A stretch of 64,000 nt of DNA from Azolla caroliniana. Lineage: Eukaryota > Plantae > Polypodiophyta. The position numbers and the translations under genes were made by a program. Numbering within the stretch: the stretch's first letter is position 1; every line of letters begins with the position of its first letter. The stretch is taken from assembly GCA_043228905.1 (NCBI GenBank), contig JBHGNT010000002.1:25420001-25484000 (forward strand). Direction: 5' to 3'. Of the stretch, positions 26,976 to 40,149 are shown in pieces. The notes under the pieces are model-generated. The model was not told where the DNA came from and searched no databases. It was given only the letters and a program-made list of their open reading frames with translations.

Positions 26976-27022
26976 TAGGGTTTTAGGGTTTTAGGGTTTT
27001 AGGGTTTTAGGGTTTAGGGTTT
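26976..27022. repeat. Interstitial telomere-like array (TTTTAGGG)4 + TTTAGGG / telo-boxes in the PPR4-protease divergent promoter
   Basis: tagggttttagggttttagggttttagggttttagggtttagggttt seen directly. Confidence 0.85.
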
Positions 27023-27149
27023 GGGGGAAGACTTTTGGTTGATTGAATTGCAAGGTTCCAACTAGTGTCGTGGCTATATATATGGTTGGCTAAAGGATCT
27101 TGTGATGGTTCATTTCCCATGTGCCTGTTTTGGAATTTAAAAGTTTAAA

Positions 27150-27315
27150 ATTTTGAATTTTGACCTAACTTGAAAACTGAAACCAAACCATGAAACTACG
27201 GTTTAGATTTTTCGTAACAGTTTTGGTTTAAATGGTTCCGTGGTTCGGTTCAAGCTTTGAAATTTATAAATGGTTTGGTTTTGACACTCTCGACCTGAAC
27301 CGTTGCTGATTGTTG
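27150..27315. mobile_element. Truncated copy of the hAT-type MITE (right half only)
   Basis: It matches the right half of 19062-19526 and ends in ctgaaccgttgctgattgtt. No left TIR was found. Confidence 0.7.
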
Positions 27316-27412
27316 TATGTATATATTTCAGAACAATGATGTTAATTGTCATGACTATTGTGGGATCGCTAACTCATGGAATTAATAACGATACGTTCAA
27401 TGAAATCAATCA

Positions 27413-27677
27413 ATGCTTAGAATCATGTACCATTCTCAACAACAACACACATCATCAAGAAGTGAAGGCAAAACACATGTATATAATCGCGCTATGTCCA
27501 TGCTTTTAGAATCATGTACCATTCTCAATAACAACGGAGATCATGAAGAAGTGAAGGCAAAACACATGTATATATATAATTGCGCTATGTCCATGCTTAG
27601 AATCATGTACCATTCTCAATAACAACGGAGATCATGAAGAAGTGAAGGCAAAACACATGTATATAATCGCGCTATGT
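27413..27677. repeat. ~90-bp tandem repeat x3 upstream of the protease gene
   Basis: The unit atgcttagaatcatgtaccattctcaa.aacaac..gaagtgaaggcaaaacacatgtatataatcgcgctatgtc occurs at ~27413, ~27500 and ~27593. Confidence 0.9.
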
Positions 27678-27936
27678 CGGGAGGCCCATGAGGGATGTGG
27701 GCGGGATGTATTTGAGAGAACTGTTAGGGGCACTCCAGGGGAGAATAAGGAAGGAGCCAAAGGAAAGGGTACATATATAGATTCTGATAGAAACAAATCC
27801 CAACCCCATCTGAGAAATAAATACCTCAAAACCTAATCAAGCTCAAAGAGCTCAAACCCTTCAAGTTAGCCCCCCCCCTTTCCACAACAGGGGGTTGATA
27901 TACCTACCATTAACAGATTTCTGAGCATTAGCATAC

Positions 27937-30900
27937 ATGCTAATGGCCTTGTGTTGCTCTTTGAGGGCCATGGCTATGAGAAGTACAACCCTCTCTTATT
28001 TTCACAACAATTCACCCATCTTCACAACCCATCAACAGTTCTTCCATCTCTCTTCCCCTGTTTCTGTTGAAAGAGGAGGAGGAGGAAGAAGAGGAAGAAG
28101 CAGCAGAGGCAGAGGAGGAGCAGGTAGTTATAGCTGGAGACCTCTTATCAACAGAATGCATGGAACCGTTATCCCCCTTTCTGCTACAGGTACAAGTACA
28201 TCCTTCACGAAAGAAAATAATAATAGTAACAAATAAAATAAAAATAAAAGAACAAGAAAAATAGACAATTTAGGATCATTTTCTTTATCTCAAGATTTCC
28301 TGTATTTTAGTGCTTGAGTTAATGAAGATGGTACAAATTGTATGGCAGGTAATTTAGAATTGCCAAACGAGGCAGCAACAGGGGCTTCTCCCAGGTATTC
28401 ATCTAGGAATATTTACAAACCTACTTAAATATAGTCTATTCTAGCACCTAGGTCCCAACCTTGTAGGACCGTGTGTGTGGTATGTAAATATGTCTATTAA
28501 GCACATATGAATGTATCTTAATATCTATATTATGTCTGTATTTTATATGCTATTATTATGTAATGTATTTATCTACATGTATATGTGTGTAAAAATTGTA
28601 TGTTATGTATGTATAAACATTTATATTTTGCTGGACAGCTAGTGCTAACAGTAGGAAAAGATATTCTCGATTGAAATCCATCTTCCAATTCTGATAATCA
28701 TAGTTGCAACACTGATTGAGACACAATCTTGAGCCTCGGAAACGAAACAAAAATGCCGAACCCTTTCTAAGGTTACATAGCTACATACACCCACATGGAA
28801 CGCATTCATCAACTAGGAAATGAAGAAGAGAGATCACAAATTGATACATATGATGATGTGTTGGAAAACCTTGTGCACTCTGCTTCAACAAATGCGTATT
28901 CCATGGAAACTGTGAACCATCCATCCAGCCTGGATGCAGAGGTGTGGACCAGAAATAGCCTAAGAATTATGTGCTACAACCAGAGGTTTTGCTTCATCAT
29001 GGTAGAAAAAGGGCGAGGGGATCATTAGCAAGCTCACATTGAATTTGGTTAAAACCATTCCCAAGTCTGGAAATGAATGGAGATAAGTTTCCTACCATGC
29101 CACATGCCACATGCACTAGTCTCTGCTATGGTTATTTCATGTGGCACTGACAGTGCCCTAATCATGTGAGAGATCAAGGTTAGAGAAGGTATCTTCATCA
29201 ATCTCCATCTATCATAAAAAGCTACATGAAAAATGTGGTCTTCTATGGTTATAATGGATTTATGGAATATTGATGCTTCTCAGGTTATTCCCCTATGCTT
29301 TTTAACATAGCAGATCACGAAATCTATTGTGATCATCTGAGATTATGAAATTGTTTTGGTATTCATTTGTTTAATTGAGCAGGTTAATGGAAAATTTTCA
29401 GTTGAGGGGAATTTTTACCTGAATCCTGTGATGGCACTTTATGATAATCCTTCTGACAGTAGCTTCCTAATCACTGTATTAATATGAGTATATCTTAAAG
29501 AAAAACTCTGAACTTTATGATTGCTCAAACAAATGCACTTTCTTTTCCACACTTTTCCATGACTTCCTTCAATTCTATAATTTCATGGTTTCCATTTTTT
29601 CTGGTTGATAAGGTATTATTAATGATCTCAAGGTTATCAGGGTAATCTTTTATCACATGGATGAATTCATTGTGTGCTTTCATATTCTAACAAGGACCGC
29701 TTTGCAGTTTAATTGTGCAAGAGGATCTGCATCGCATCTTTACTGCAATGGGTTTACATGAATATAGACCAGGAGAACATTTAAGTCTTTCAGGTTAGAA
29801 GATACTTACTCAGTATTGAGGGTTCTTATTATATAAAATTAGGTGCTTCACGCAATACTTCGTGTAATAGGTAAAACCACAACATGGGGAATGCCAAGTG
29901 ATTGGTACATGAAGTGGTGCATGGACGGACAATTTTATGAGAGGTATTCAAATGCAGAAATAACCCAAGAATGGGGCCATGATGGCAAAACTACATGGTA
30001 TGCAGATATTGCGGGTAGAGTGTTAAAGCTTGGAATGGATGAGGCAGAGGTACTGAGATTTCAAAATATTATTCATAGAATTGTTTTTCTCAAAAGAGGA
30101 TGTGGAATGGAAAACGAGGAGAAATAAATAGTCGCCAGTTGCTATGCATTTATTCAGGCGTGCTTGCTTATGGCATGGATTCGCTCAGGCTTTTGGGTGA
30201 CTACTGAAGCCCAAAACATTTTGGAAATAAAAAATTACAAAGAGAAGCCTTCGTCTACAACTGAAACAATTTTTATGGTCCGCATGAAGAAAAAAGAGGT
30301 AATGGGTTCAAATAGAGAAATAAGTTCTAAACTATCTCTTAATATTAAGGTATCTGAGTCACAAGTGAAAGTTTGGACTGCTTGAACTGTAGTTTTTTGT
30401 TATTTGGGCAGTATCACTAAGGCATTATCCTTTACTCTAGTTTTTCTTGCAAGTGGACTTGTGTTGTTTGGGTGTGTTGCGCATCTGTACATCTTTCATT
30501 CTTCTAAACCCTCTTCAGTTAATCCACAAAATATCGGACTCATTCTTCAGAAGAACTATTTTTTAGAAGATTTGACGACTTTAACTTCTTGTTTGTTCAC
30601 AGTGGTAGACCACAAGACTTGGTTCTGTTGTTTCTTGAAAAGTTCTCATTGAGAGAGAAGGTTATATAAAATATGAGTTGTGTAATGTCTTTCCCAGTTG
30701 CTCAGCATACAAATGGTCCTCTGGTGTCTACCAATTTGGCTCGTAACTGCTCTCTGTAGGTGATGGCACATGTAACGGTCAATCGGAACACTTGGCTACC
30801 GGTGTGTGTGTCTTTTGGGCAATGCCGACAAGGACGAGGCTGGAATTTCTTGAATTGGCAAAAGCTTGTGGTATATAATAGTTGATCCTACGCTTGCAAT

Positions 30901-33567
30901 GAAAAAAATCTCAATGTTTTGTACTTTTTTGCCATGTTTCACTAACTAGTGGTTACAACTTACAGCCGAACTGTGATATCCAACAACCATTTCTATCAAT
31001 TCGGACTTCACCTACGTCACGAGAAAGTTTTGAGGTTGTCAAAGGTGCATTTGAAAAGGAGGATGGTAAAACACTACCGTATTCATTTCCAGATTCTTTG
31101 CTGGTTCCACGGAACAATAGTCGATATCCACGGACTGAATTTGATAGATTATGCTCACCCTCAATGCAGGTAAAACTCAAATCATTTGATTTGGAACTGT
31201 AGGTAGTAGTGAATTCCTCAAACGCGTGATATATTTTATTCATGAATTGGATGCAGATGATCAAGATGAAGACAGGCCACTATGTTGTCCGCCCTCTTAT
31301 CAATGGGAGGGAGGCTGGAAATTTTATCGTTGATACAGGAACAGGCACACTAGCAATCACTCAAAGAATGGTGCAGAAAGAGCTTATTCCTGTTCGGTAG
31401 TTTTATATGTTATCAATATGTTCAGCAAGTTTGATACAGATCTGTATCTTTATCGCAGGCCAGACAGCTTGGTCTATCTGTTTTTGGGGAGGTTAACGCT
31501 ACCAGTATCTCTGGTGGTCATACAGTAAGACTATTCAACTTTATGTTGGCATAACCTTCATTGTTTTTAATTCATTTTATAACAGGATACGATTGATACA
31601 ATCACATTTACTGGTGCTATTGTAAAATTCAAAATATTATAGCCTTTAGTTAAACATGCTGGAGTTTTTACAGCTGTCTACAAGATTTTCTCGGGGATCT
31701 AGCTTTCATCTTGGACCTCTTAAGATTAAAGATCCAGTTTTTGTGCAGGTTAGATTGACAGACAACTTTATTTCTACCTTTGATTTTTTCCGTTGTTAAC
31801 TTCAATTTGTTCTAGTGAATGGATCTTTTCTTCATTAGAGATATGTGGTTTCGTACAGTTCTTAGAAGTTGAATTATGTTGATGCAGATTGGTATTGACA
31901 AATTGCTAAAAGGTGCGGAAGGACTCTGTGGGTTTGATATCTTTTATAACTCTATTGTGGAGATGTCACACAGTGACCGAATCTTATCATTATATGATCC
32001 ATCAGCATATGAAGCTCAACCTCGAGCCCAGAGGATCCCATGGCAGGTGCTTATACATATATCTCTTTGTAATAAAATTTACATATTTTGCTTATTTTTT
32101 ATGGATGCTATAAGTCCATAGAATTTCATGGTTAGACGGTTCAATACATACTCTATTTATGGATGGAGAAGTAATAATAGATTACCAAGGGATGTAAATG
32201 TAATTTTTCTTGTTTTGATGGATGCCATGTAAAAATTCTGACACAAAACGATTTTTTCGATCGCAGAGAATGTATTTGTATGACAGAGTTCCTCATATAC
32301 TCGGGAAAGTGAATGGGAGAGAAGTTTTGTTGATGCTTGATACAGGGGCTGCGGGTCCTGGATTGATGTTCCCAAGTAGTGCTGTGCATGGTTTTGATGA
32401 TCAATCAGCTATAGACACCCCAGCGACACTCGGGCGTGGAAGACAGCTCTATGTTTCTCAGGTAGTGGTTTTGATCTTTGCTCACATTGTTTTCTTGTGT
32501 AATAACAAAACAAAAAGATAATCAGTTTAAGCATTGAAAAAGACTAAACAAATCCTTGAATGCTTTCACAAGAAACTATTTGTTTTCTCATGTATATCAT
32601 CTCCAAGAAGCCTGTCAGCTAAGTAGTATTTTAAATAGGTACATAAGTAAAGAAATAATATCAAGGCTTTAGACATTCACAGAAATTTTATCTAAACAAA
32701 TTATCTGTCTATGGATTCATAAGCCTAGTTTTAATATATAACGCGATGGTATAATTGCACACTAGTGCTTTGCAACCTCAAGGTTGAAAGTTTAGGCAAT
32801 GATTCTGATGCTGTGCTCTGTAATCTTAAATTGATTTAGTTTGAGATCATGCCTTTTAACAGTTTGCTCCTAAAAAAAAGGGTTTGCAAACTGATTTTGG
32901 ATAACCTGAGGGTTTTAAAACAAGAGAATGTCCCTGTAAAGAAAATGCTAACAAGACATTACCTGGAAAAGTGCAATGTGAAAGCATTGCCGCAATTATG
33001 TAAAATATACAAGAAACTTGGACATCTCCATCAAATTTATTGCAACAGAGATTCATGAAGGTTACCTCTTTAAACTCTAAAACTCGATCACATCAAATAT
33101 ATTGTTGTCTTGTCTTCTACTTTACAGCATTGAGGTACTTGGTTCAAGTCAATGATATTGTGCACACTAATAGATAGCATTGCTCTATAAACAATGCTTG
33201 TTGCAACATTGACTTCATAATATTTTCACAATATAAAGAGTGAAAATGATAGCATTAAAAGGCAATCCTAATAAAACACAGACACACACATAAAGCATGA
33301 ATTGATGGTAAAAGTTAAAAGTAAAACGTGCTTTCACATTCTTATTTACAGGCCGAATATGGAAATGTTCAGAGCTTTGAAATAGCTGGGTGCACCTTCA
33401 CAGACTTCACAGCGCTTGTTCCCAACAAAACTGGTCAACAAATGGGTCTTTCAGAATATTGTGCCGGTGTGGTGTGTGCTGAGATGCTCAAATATTTCAC
33501 TATTGTATTCGATTACACAAATAGCCGCATAGCATTTGTGGACAAACGATATAAAAGGGTGATGTGA
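27937..33567 (+). CDS. Aspartyl protease with two retropepsin-like (Asp_protease_2-type) domains and a putative transit peptide; 13 exons (27937-28189, 28349-28394, 29708-29793, 29871-30049, 30158-30298, 30760-30870, 30966-31169, 31257-31370, 31459-31524, 31674-31748, 31888-32046, 32267-32461, 33352-33567), ~614 aa
   Basis: All junctions are GT-AG and in frame (1845 nt). Domain 1 reads GHYVVRPLINGREAGNFIVDTGTGTLAITQRMARQLGL..GLCGFDIF. Domain 2 reads VPHILGKVNGREVLLMLDTGAAG..GVVCAEMLKYFTIVFDYTNSRIAF. Confidence 0.8.
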
Positions 33568-35354
33568 ATCCATGGTTATGGTCACCATATTGTATTTCGT
33601 AGACCTTATTCCGGTCTTCATGGGCACTCAGTGATGCAACTTTCTAGTATAATAGAATTGTTATAAGTTCCATTTTAATTGTGTTTTGTTTTGTTGTGTA
33701 TTTGAATGACTTTCATTTTAATCTCGTACATAGTTTCATTTTAACTAACACAAGATATACTAGTTGATTATCATTGCCTATTTATAAAGGCAATAGAAAG
33801 AGAATATGGAGTTGTTTATATGGTGATAATTATGGGTTTTAATTGCAATGCTTGATAAAGATTATGGATTAACTAGATGCTCAGATCTCACTTGGATTTC
33901 ATCAATTTGCAACATATAATAATTATTTAATGTTAGATTGAATGCGAAGAGATTGATTGAATATATCTACACACATGAGTTGCATTGCATGTGTATTATG
34001 GTTTTTGAGAGGCAATCTTGATATACAAATTATTGACAAGATTGTGATAACGTCCCATAGAATCGCATAACTAAATGTATTGCAGACATGAAGTTCTTAT
34101 TAATTATCTAAACTCAACATCCACGAGATTTATATAAGGATGTTCCATCAAAGATGTTTTTATGTCCAAGCCTAGCAACAAACTTAAAAAGCCATTGTTA
34201 CCGAAGAACTGTTACTAGTGATAGCTTGTTTTTAATGTTAATTTATTGTACATTTTATCCTACAAGTTATGAATTAGTTGAAATTTAATTGCATGCTCAG
34301 AGAGGGTACATTATTTTTACTACAAGACCTGCAACAGTTTGCTACATTGGGAGGCTAGTAAATTACTCCTCCCGTTTAATTTTTATCACAGATATATTCA
34401 TAAGAAAAGTTATAAAGAATTGCAAAAGGCTGTACACTAGTCTTCTTATCAAATGTGGAAACTTAACTACCCACAAGTAACTCCCCATAAGACCAGAATC
34501 CTTGGGAATCAATCCATTATTCATTTTTAACAAAAAAAAGATCCAGCCTTTTTGCTATCCACTAGATGGCTGAGATACCCAAAACTGGTAGACATCTTGG
34601 ATCCCTATGGGAAACACTTTCCAGCAAACATCCATTCTTTCGTATAGCCAATTTGATAATTCCGACATTATAATTCAATAGGCAAACGTCCTATAGAATG
34701 ATTTCACTGTTGAACACTGTAGGATGTACCAACTTTTGAATCAACTCCAACAGAACACAGTAGGCAAAACGAAATAAAGCACGTAAAGGTAGAGAGACAT
34801 GCATTGGCATACAATATCTAACTGGTCCTTTGACAAATCCAACTCTCCCACTTGATGCAAGAGACCATTAATGAATATATAGCTGACAAAAGCAAGAACC
34901 ATTAATGGCCTCTTTTCACAAGTTTCACAAAATTACACAATCTTCTCAATGTAAAAAAATAGCAAAAAGAATTTCTTACCCCCAATTTGTCTGATAACAT
35001 ACTTTTGAGAAAGGCAATCTCACAAATACACCTTCCCAAATGCACCCATTATTTTTTAACACATTAATAACCAACATTATGGTCAACAACGTCATCAACT
35101 TTGCATAACCAAAGAGTAAATCATGATTTATATTTTTTTCCTTTACTATCACATTACTAACAATTTTTGGTAGCAAAAAGAATGAATTGATTGTACAAGA
35201 TCCACTTTCTTTTCCTGTTGGGGATCCATCCTCTCAAAACTAAATCATATAAAATCAATGAATATATCATGGCACAATATCCACCAATCATATGTTTTGT
35301 CAGCCTTTTTCCATATCCAAATTATTATCATGATTGTAGAAACCTCTACTCCAA

Positions 35355-36586
35355 CTATTTGATCAATGGAGTTGAATTAAGACCAATGTTGCACGCATTC
35401 TTGCAATTAGGGCATTGGGGAGACGATTGAGGGATCATGACGAATGTATAACAGTGGAGACAAATCGTTGTGGTCATGTTTGAATTGGGAGGCATATCCA
35501 CCGGATTTTGCAATCTAGCAATACTTTCATTAGCAATAAGGGAGGAAGAATGAGGGGGTTGATGATAACCAACATTAGGTTGCATCATGATGCCATATAT
35601 TGACTCATGATTATTATTATTACTAGGTGTGTGGTTTTGTTCCATGTAGTTATTGACAATTTGTGGCTTTCTAGGGTCTTGAAGAGTCTTTGTTTGAGTT
35701 GCCCAATTCACAAAATACATCTCGCCAGTCTGAATAACAAAAACAAAAACAATCCAAAGAAAAATCATGTTAAAAGTCTAGCATTTCAGGATTTGATTGT
35801 ATTGATCTTTTGACCAATAGCAAAACAATTGTGATTTTTTTGTTTGGGTGAAGTGACATACTGATTATGGGCTACAAGTCATAGAAAAAACCTCAAATTT
35901 AGGATATTTGTCTAGCAAAGATTAAGGTTTGAACTACGTGGATTAACATGAGTATTGATTAAGAAAGGACCAGTCATGAACATGGATTAAGTGGACTAAT
36001 ATAGACATAGATTAAGAGGTGTAATAATTAAGATGTCTAATGAAAATAGATTAAGAAAGGACTACTATTGAACATAGATTAAGAGCAGACTAATGAACGG
36101 TGGGTTAAGTGGACAACTATTAACAGAGACTGAGGATGAACAAATGAACGTAGGTTAAGAGCACGAAAGAACGTTGATAAGGTGGAATAATCAACATAGA
36201 CAAATGAGTATAGGTTAAATGGACTAATGATTGATTATCAACATAAATAAAGGGGACTTAATGATATGAACATTAATATAGGAAATACTAGAAACGAACA
36301 TAGAAGGGGACCAATGAGCATGGATTAAGTGGATTAATATGAGCATGGATTAAAGAAAGGAGTAATGAAACAGGTATTAAATGAATAGATATGAATATGG
36401 ATTAAGTGGATTAACTTGAAGGTAGATTTAATCGGATAAATATGAGCATGACATAAAGAGACAGGTATATAGGTGGACTCACTTGGAGATCTAGGCACTG
36501 CTCCCATCCAGGGGGAAGTGGTATTTGAGATGTGGTAAGATCAATCCATTGACTTCTTTGAGGTTGTAGGATCATATCCTGTTGTG

Positions 36587-36641
<55 letters not shown>

Positions 36642-36761
36642 CTGATGTTGTGAGTATATGTTCTGAATACCTCCACCAGCAGAAGAAGAAGAAGAAGAAG
36701 ATCTCCATTCTCTTTTCCTCTTCTTACTCTGTTCCATGTCTTCATTCCATGTCTTTTCCAT
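35355..36761 (-). CDS. CFL1: CURLY FLAG LEAF 1-like WW-domain protein with a Q19 tract; exons 36761-36483 and 35729-35355 (217 aa)
   Basis: The WW domain is split by the intron (LPPGWEQCLDLQ | TGEMYFVNWATQTKTLQDPR). The C-terminus has the CxxC..CPNCK motif typical of CFL1. Confidence 0.85.
35935..36415. repeat. Degenerate ~25-30-bp tandem repeat filling most of the CFL1-like intron
   Basis: Recurring unit (ga)acat(g/a)gattaag(tg/aaa)ggactaat. Confidence 0.7.
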
Positions 36762-37493
36762 TTCAAACCAACCACAACTTATAATCCCCCCCACCCCTAA
36801 ACCCAATCAACTCTAAAAACCTAAATATCTGTCCAAAACTACAGAAGAACCCTAAAAAACTCCCAAACACTTTGGGCCCTAAAAATCTCTCTCTCTCTCC
36901 CCTCACTGGAAAATCACAAAATCATCATTGTTTGTTTGTCTGTGGGTTTTCTTGTCTAGTTTAGTTTAAGTAAAAAAGAAACAAACAATGATCTCCACCC
37001 AAAATCATCTGCTGTTGAGCAGCTCATAAATGAGGTTGATTTATTCATTTCATTTATTTCGGGGGAAAACAAATCATGAACAAAGAGGAAACTCTACATC
37101 TATGCCTTTACTGATTTAAACCCCGTTCCATTCATGCACCTCTGAGGTCTTGAATTTTCTCTTAAACAGATGAATTAAAAACAAATAAAAGTCCATTCGA
37201 TTCATTCTTCGATCAAAAGGTTATTTTTATTGATTTATGATGTGGTGTGTGTGTGTATATATGTATATATATATATATGTATACAGATAGATAGTTAGAT
37301 ATAGATATATAATACATTTAGAGAGAGAGAGAGATAAAGACAGAGAGAGGAACATCATAATAATGAGCCAATTATATGGAGAAGAAGAGGAGGAGGATTT
37401 GAACCGTTAACCTCTTCTTTGCTATGAAGTATTTGAATGTTACCGTTGAGAGAGGATTCATAAATGAAAACAGGGCTGTCTGTCTCTGTCTGT

Positions 37494-37494
<1 letters not shown>

Positions 37495-37546
<52 letters not shown>
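37495..37546. repeat. (CT)n microsatellite
   Basis: Perfect CT run. Confidence 0.95.
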
Positions 37547-37548
<2 letters not shown>

Positions 37549-37968
37549 TTAACAAACAAAACTGAAGTCTTATGCATATTATTGTTTGGGTTTAGTGAAA
37601 TTCTCAGAAATGCCCTTCCAAAACATACATGGTCATACTTTCATTCTTTGGGTTTAGGGAAATTCTCAAAGATGCCCTTCAAGTACAGACAATACATTAC
37701 ATACATTCATTCATTCATTTCCATTTCATTTCATTCATATACATTCTTTGGGTATGCATGCATGCATAAGTATGTAGTAACCCCATTCATTCATTGATAA
37801 GAAGGCAAGCTTTTTGGAAATTCCACGTCCTGTACCCTTCTCGCCCAACGCTAGCATCTAATCCCAACCACATACCACTCGCTTAGGAATCAACAATGGT
37901 TTGGTTTCAGCTTAACCGGCTTGGCCTTGTCCAAACCAAACCTGTTAACCCACCCACATACCACTCAC

Positions 37969-38258
37969 TAGGAATTGGCAACGGTTTGGTTTTAGTTTAA
38001 CTGACTTGGCCTTGTCCAAACCGAACCGGTTAAGCCTTACCGGCTTGGCATTTTCCAAACTTGAATAGAACCGGTTCCTAACCGGTTTAACGAAGCCAAT
38101 TAAATCTTAACTGGTTTGGAAACTATTTTGGCCCAAATCGGTGCGGTTCGGCTTGGGCCATCCCAAACCAATTCAAGCCTAAACCGAACCAACCCGCCAA
38201 ACCATTTAAAAATAGTTTAACGGTTCAATTTATTCTACCGAGCCATTGTTGATTCCTA
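37969..38258. mobile_element. hAT-type MITE, copy 2 (290 bp), with a tandem duplication of its left flank and left end at ~37866-37950
   Basis: TIRs are taggaattggcaacgg / ccattgttgattccta, with a perfect 8-bp TSD ccactcac at 37961-37968 and 38259-38266. Confidence 0.9.
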
Positions 38259-39378
38259 CCACTCACCTCCCCAACCGATCCGTGATGCATCTCATGGCAT
38301 CACATAGTGCACTCAACTTGATGCCTCTTATATATATATATATATATATATATGCCCTCCCGAGGTCTCCCACATGTGGTCCTCCCCCTTACATTAATTA
38401 GGTTCTCATGCTACAAACGAGCTCTTGCTCTTTAAGTGGGGCTTTTTAGTTTTATGTGGGAAAAGATAAAAAAAGGTAGATGCTCATCAATCTCATATAT
38501 GTTGCTTCTTTCCCCCCAAGGAGTATGGATCTTTGTCTTTTTTGATATAATGTTGCTCGGTTTTTGTTGTTGGATCTAGTAGATGTAGCAAATTCCATTC
38601 ATTGTTGAAAACCCAACTTCGTCTTTATTACACAACTCAATGGCATCACACTATGGGTTGTTCTTGTATTGTTTTTGAAGTATGCATCCATCAACGAAAA
38701 TTGTCCTAGACTCTTGTGCTCTTATCCCCCGACTCTAATCATGATAGGGAGTCCAAGATCACATGTTGTGTTCCTAGCATGTGAAAAATTGTGAACTCAA
38801 AATTGTGTAGGAACAACATCTAATAGGTGACTTTGCATAATAGTGTTACTCTGGCCACAATATAGAAAAGGGCAAAATGTTCATAGTCGAATGTGAATTT
38901 GAACCCCTAAACACGTAATAGTGGACCATGTTCATTGTCTAGATGACATTGAGGAACCTCTTGCTCTTCATACCGCCACAAAATGTGCACCAATTGACAT
39001 AGTCCTTCAAGATATTCGAAAGGTTTAGCTAAGTTAATATTATATGAAGAGCTTCCCACTCTCTATGTTGGTTTTGATGATGAAAACTATACCCTAAGTG
39101 ACTACATACTTTGAAGCCCTTGCTCCTAAAGAACCAAAGAATATTATTCTATTCAATGGAATAGAATGAACATATACTTTTGTTTATTATGTTGTGTCTG
39201 TTTGTGAAGGGCCTAACCCATCATGGTGAGGATCAAACATCCACCATCAATGAGAGAGAGAGATAGAGAGAGAGAGAGATTTTACCATCCACAAGCAGTC
39301 CAATTTTGACTTATAGGATTGAATAAACATATAATTTTGTATATGATTGCTTAAGAAGGGGATTACTACTTTGTAGTA

Positions 39379-39538
39379 AAACTCTCTACATGTGGTCACC
39401 TTTCGTAGTGGAGATTTTAGTATGGCACTTAAATTATTATGTTCCTCTAAGTTTCTAAAAACTCTCTACATGTGCTCACCTTTCTTAATGGAGATTTTAG
39501 TATGGCACTTAAATTATTATGTTCCTCTAAGTTTCTAA
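39379..39538. repeat. 80-bp tandem duplication
   Basis: aaactctctacatgtg..gttcctctaagtttctaa occurs twice. Confidence 0.9.
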
Positions 39539-40149
39539 CAAATTGTAATTCTCATGAAAAGTAAGTGGTATTCGTCCCCCACTAGGTTTATATTGTATAC
39601 CTTTCATATCTTCATACTTGGGTGATGATGTCGTGATGGTACCTCAACGACTAACTTGTACAAGAGATTTCAAAGACGTGCAATTCCTCTTTAAGAACCG
39701 AGGCTTGTGTCCGTAGGAAGATGCAATTAGATATGTTGTATAACTTTTACCTTGTATAGGACCAACATCAAGGGTTAACACTTGCAATGTATGTATTTCA
39801 AGTTCGATGTTTTAGCCTCTTTCCACTTCATACTTGGTGCCGCTAGTAATCTATCCTAGATGATCAAATACTTTACATTACTTGAGAACTCCAATAGATC
39901 TTTTATCCCCCATCATTCAAACCAATTTATAATGTCAAGCACACAATCATACAAGAGGAATTTTATTTATTATTATTATTTTTTTTGTACCTTGCATCCT
40001 ACATTCCAAACATGTTTTAACAATGTGTGATCATGCATATTCTTGACTTTTGTGATATACTTGTATACCCTTTACATAGCTAATACATGTATAGGCCAAA
40101 CACCTATAGATTTAACTCCTAATTGTCTACTTCATAACCATTGCTGAAT

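Noticed and set aside
28795-29028. Nested 77-aa ORF in protease intron 2
   Set aside because: It has no recognisable domain, and the flanking exons splice in frame without it.
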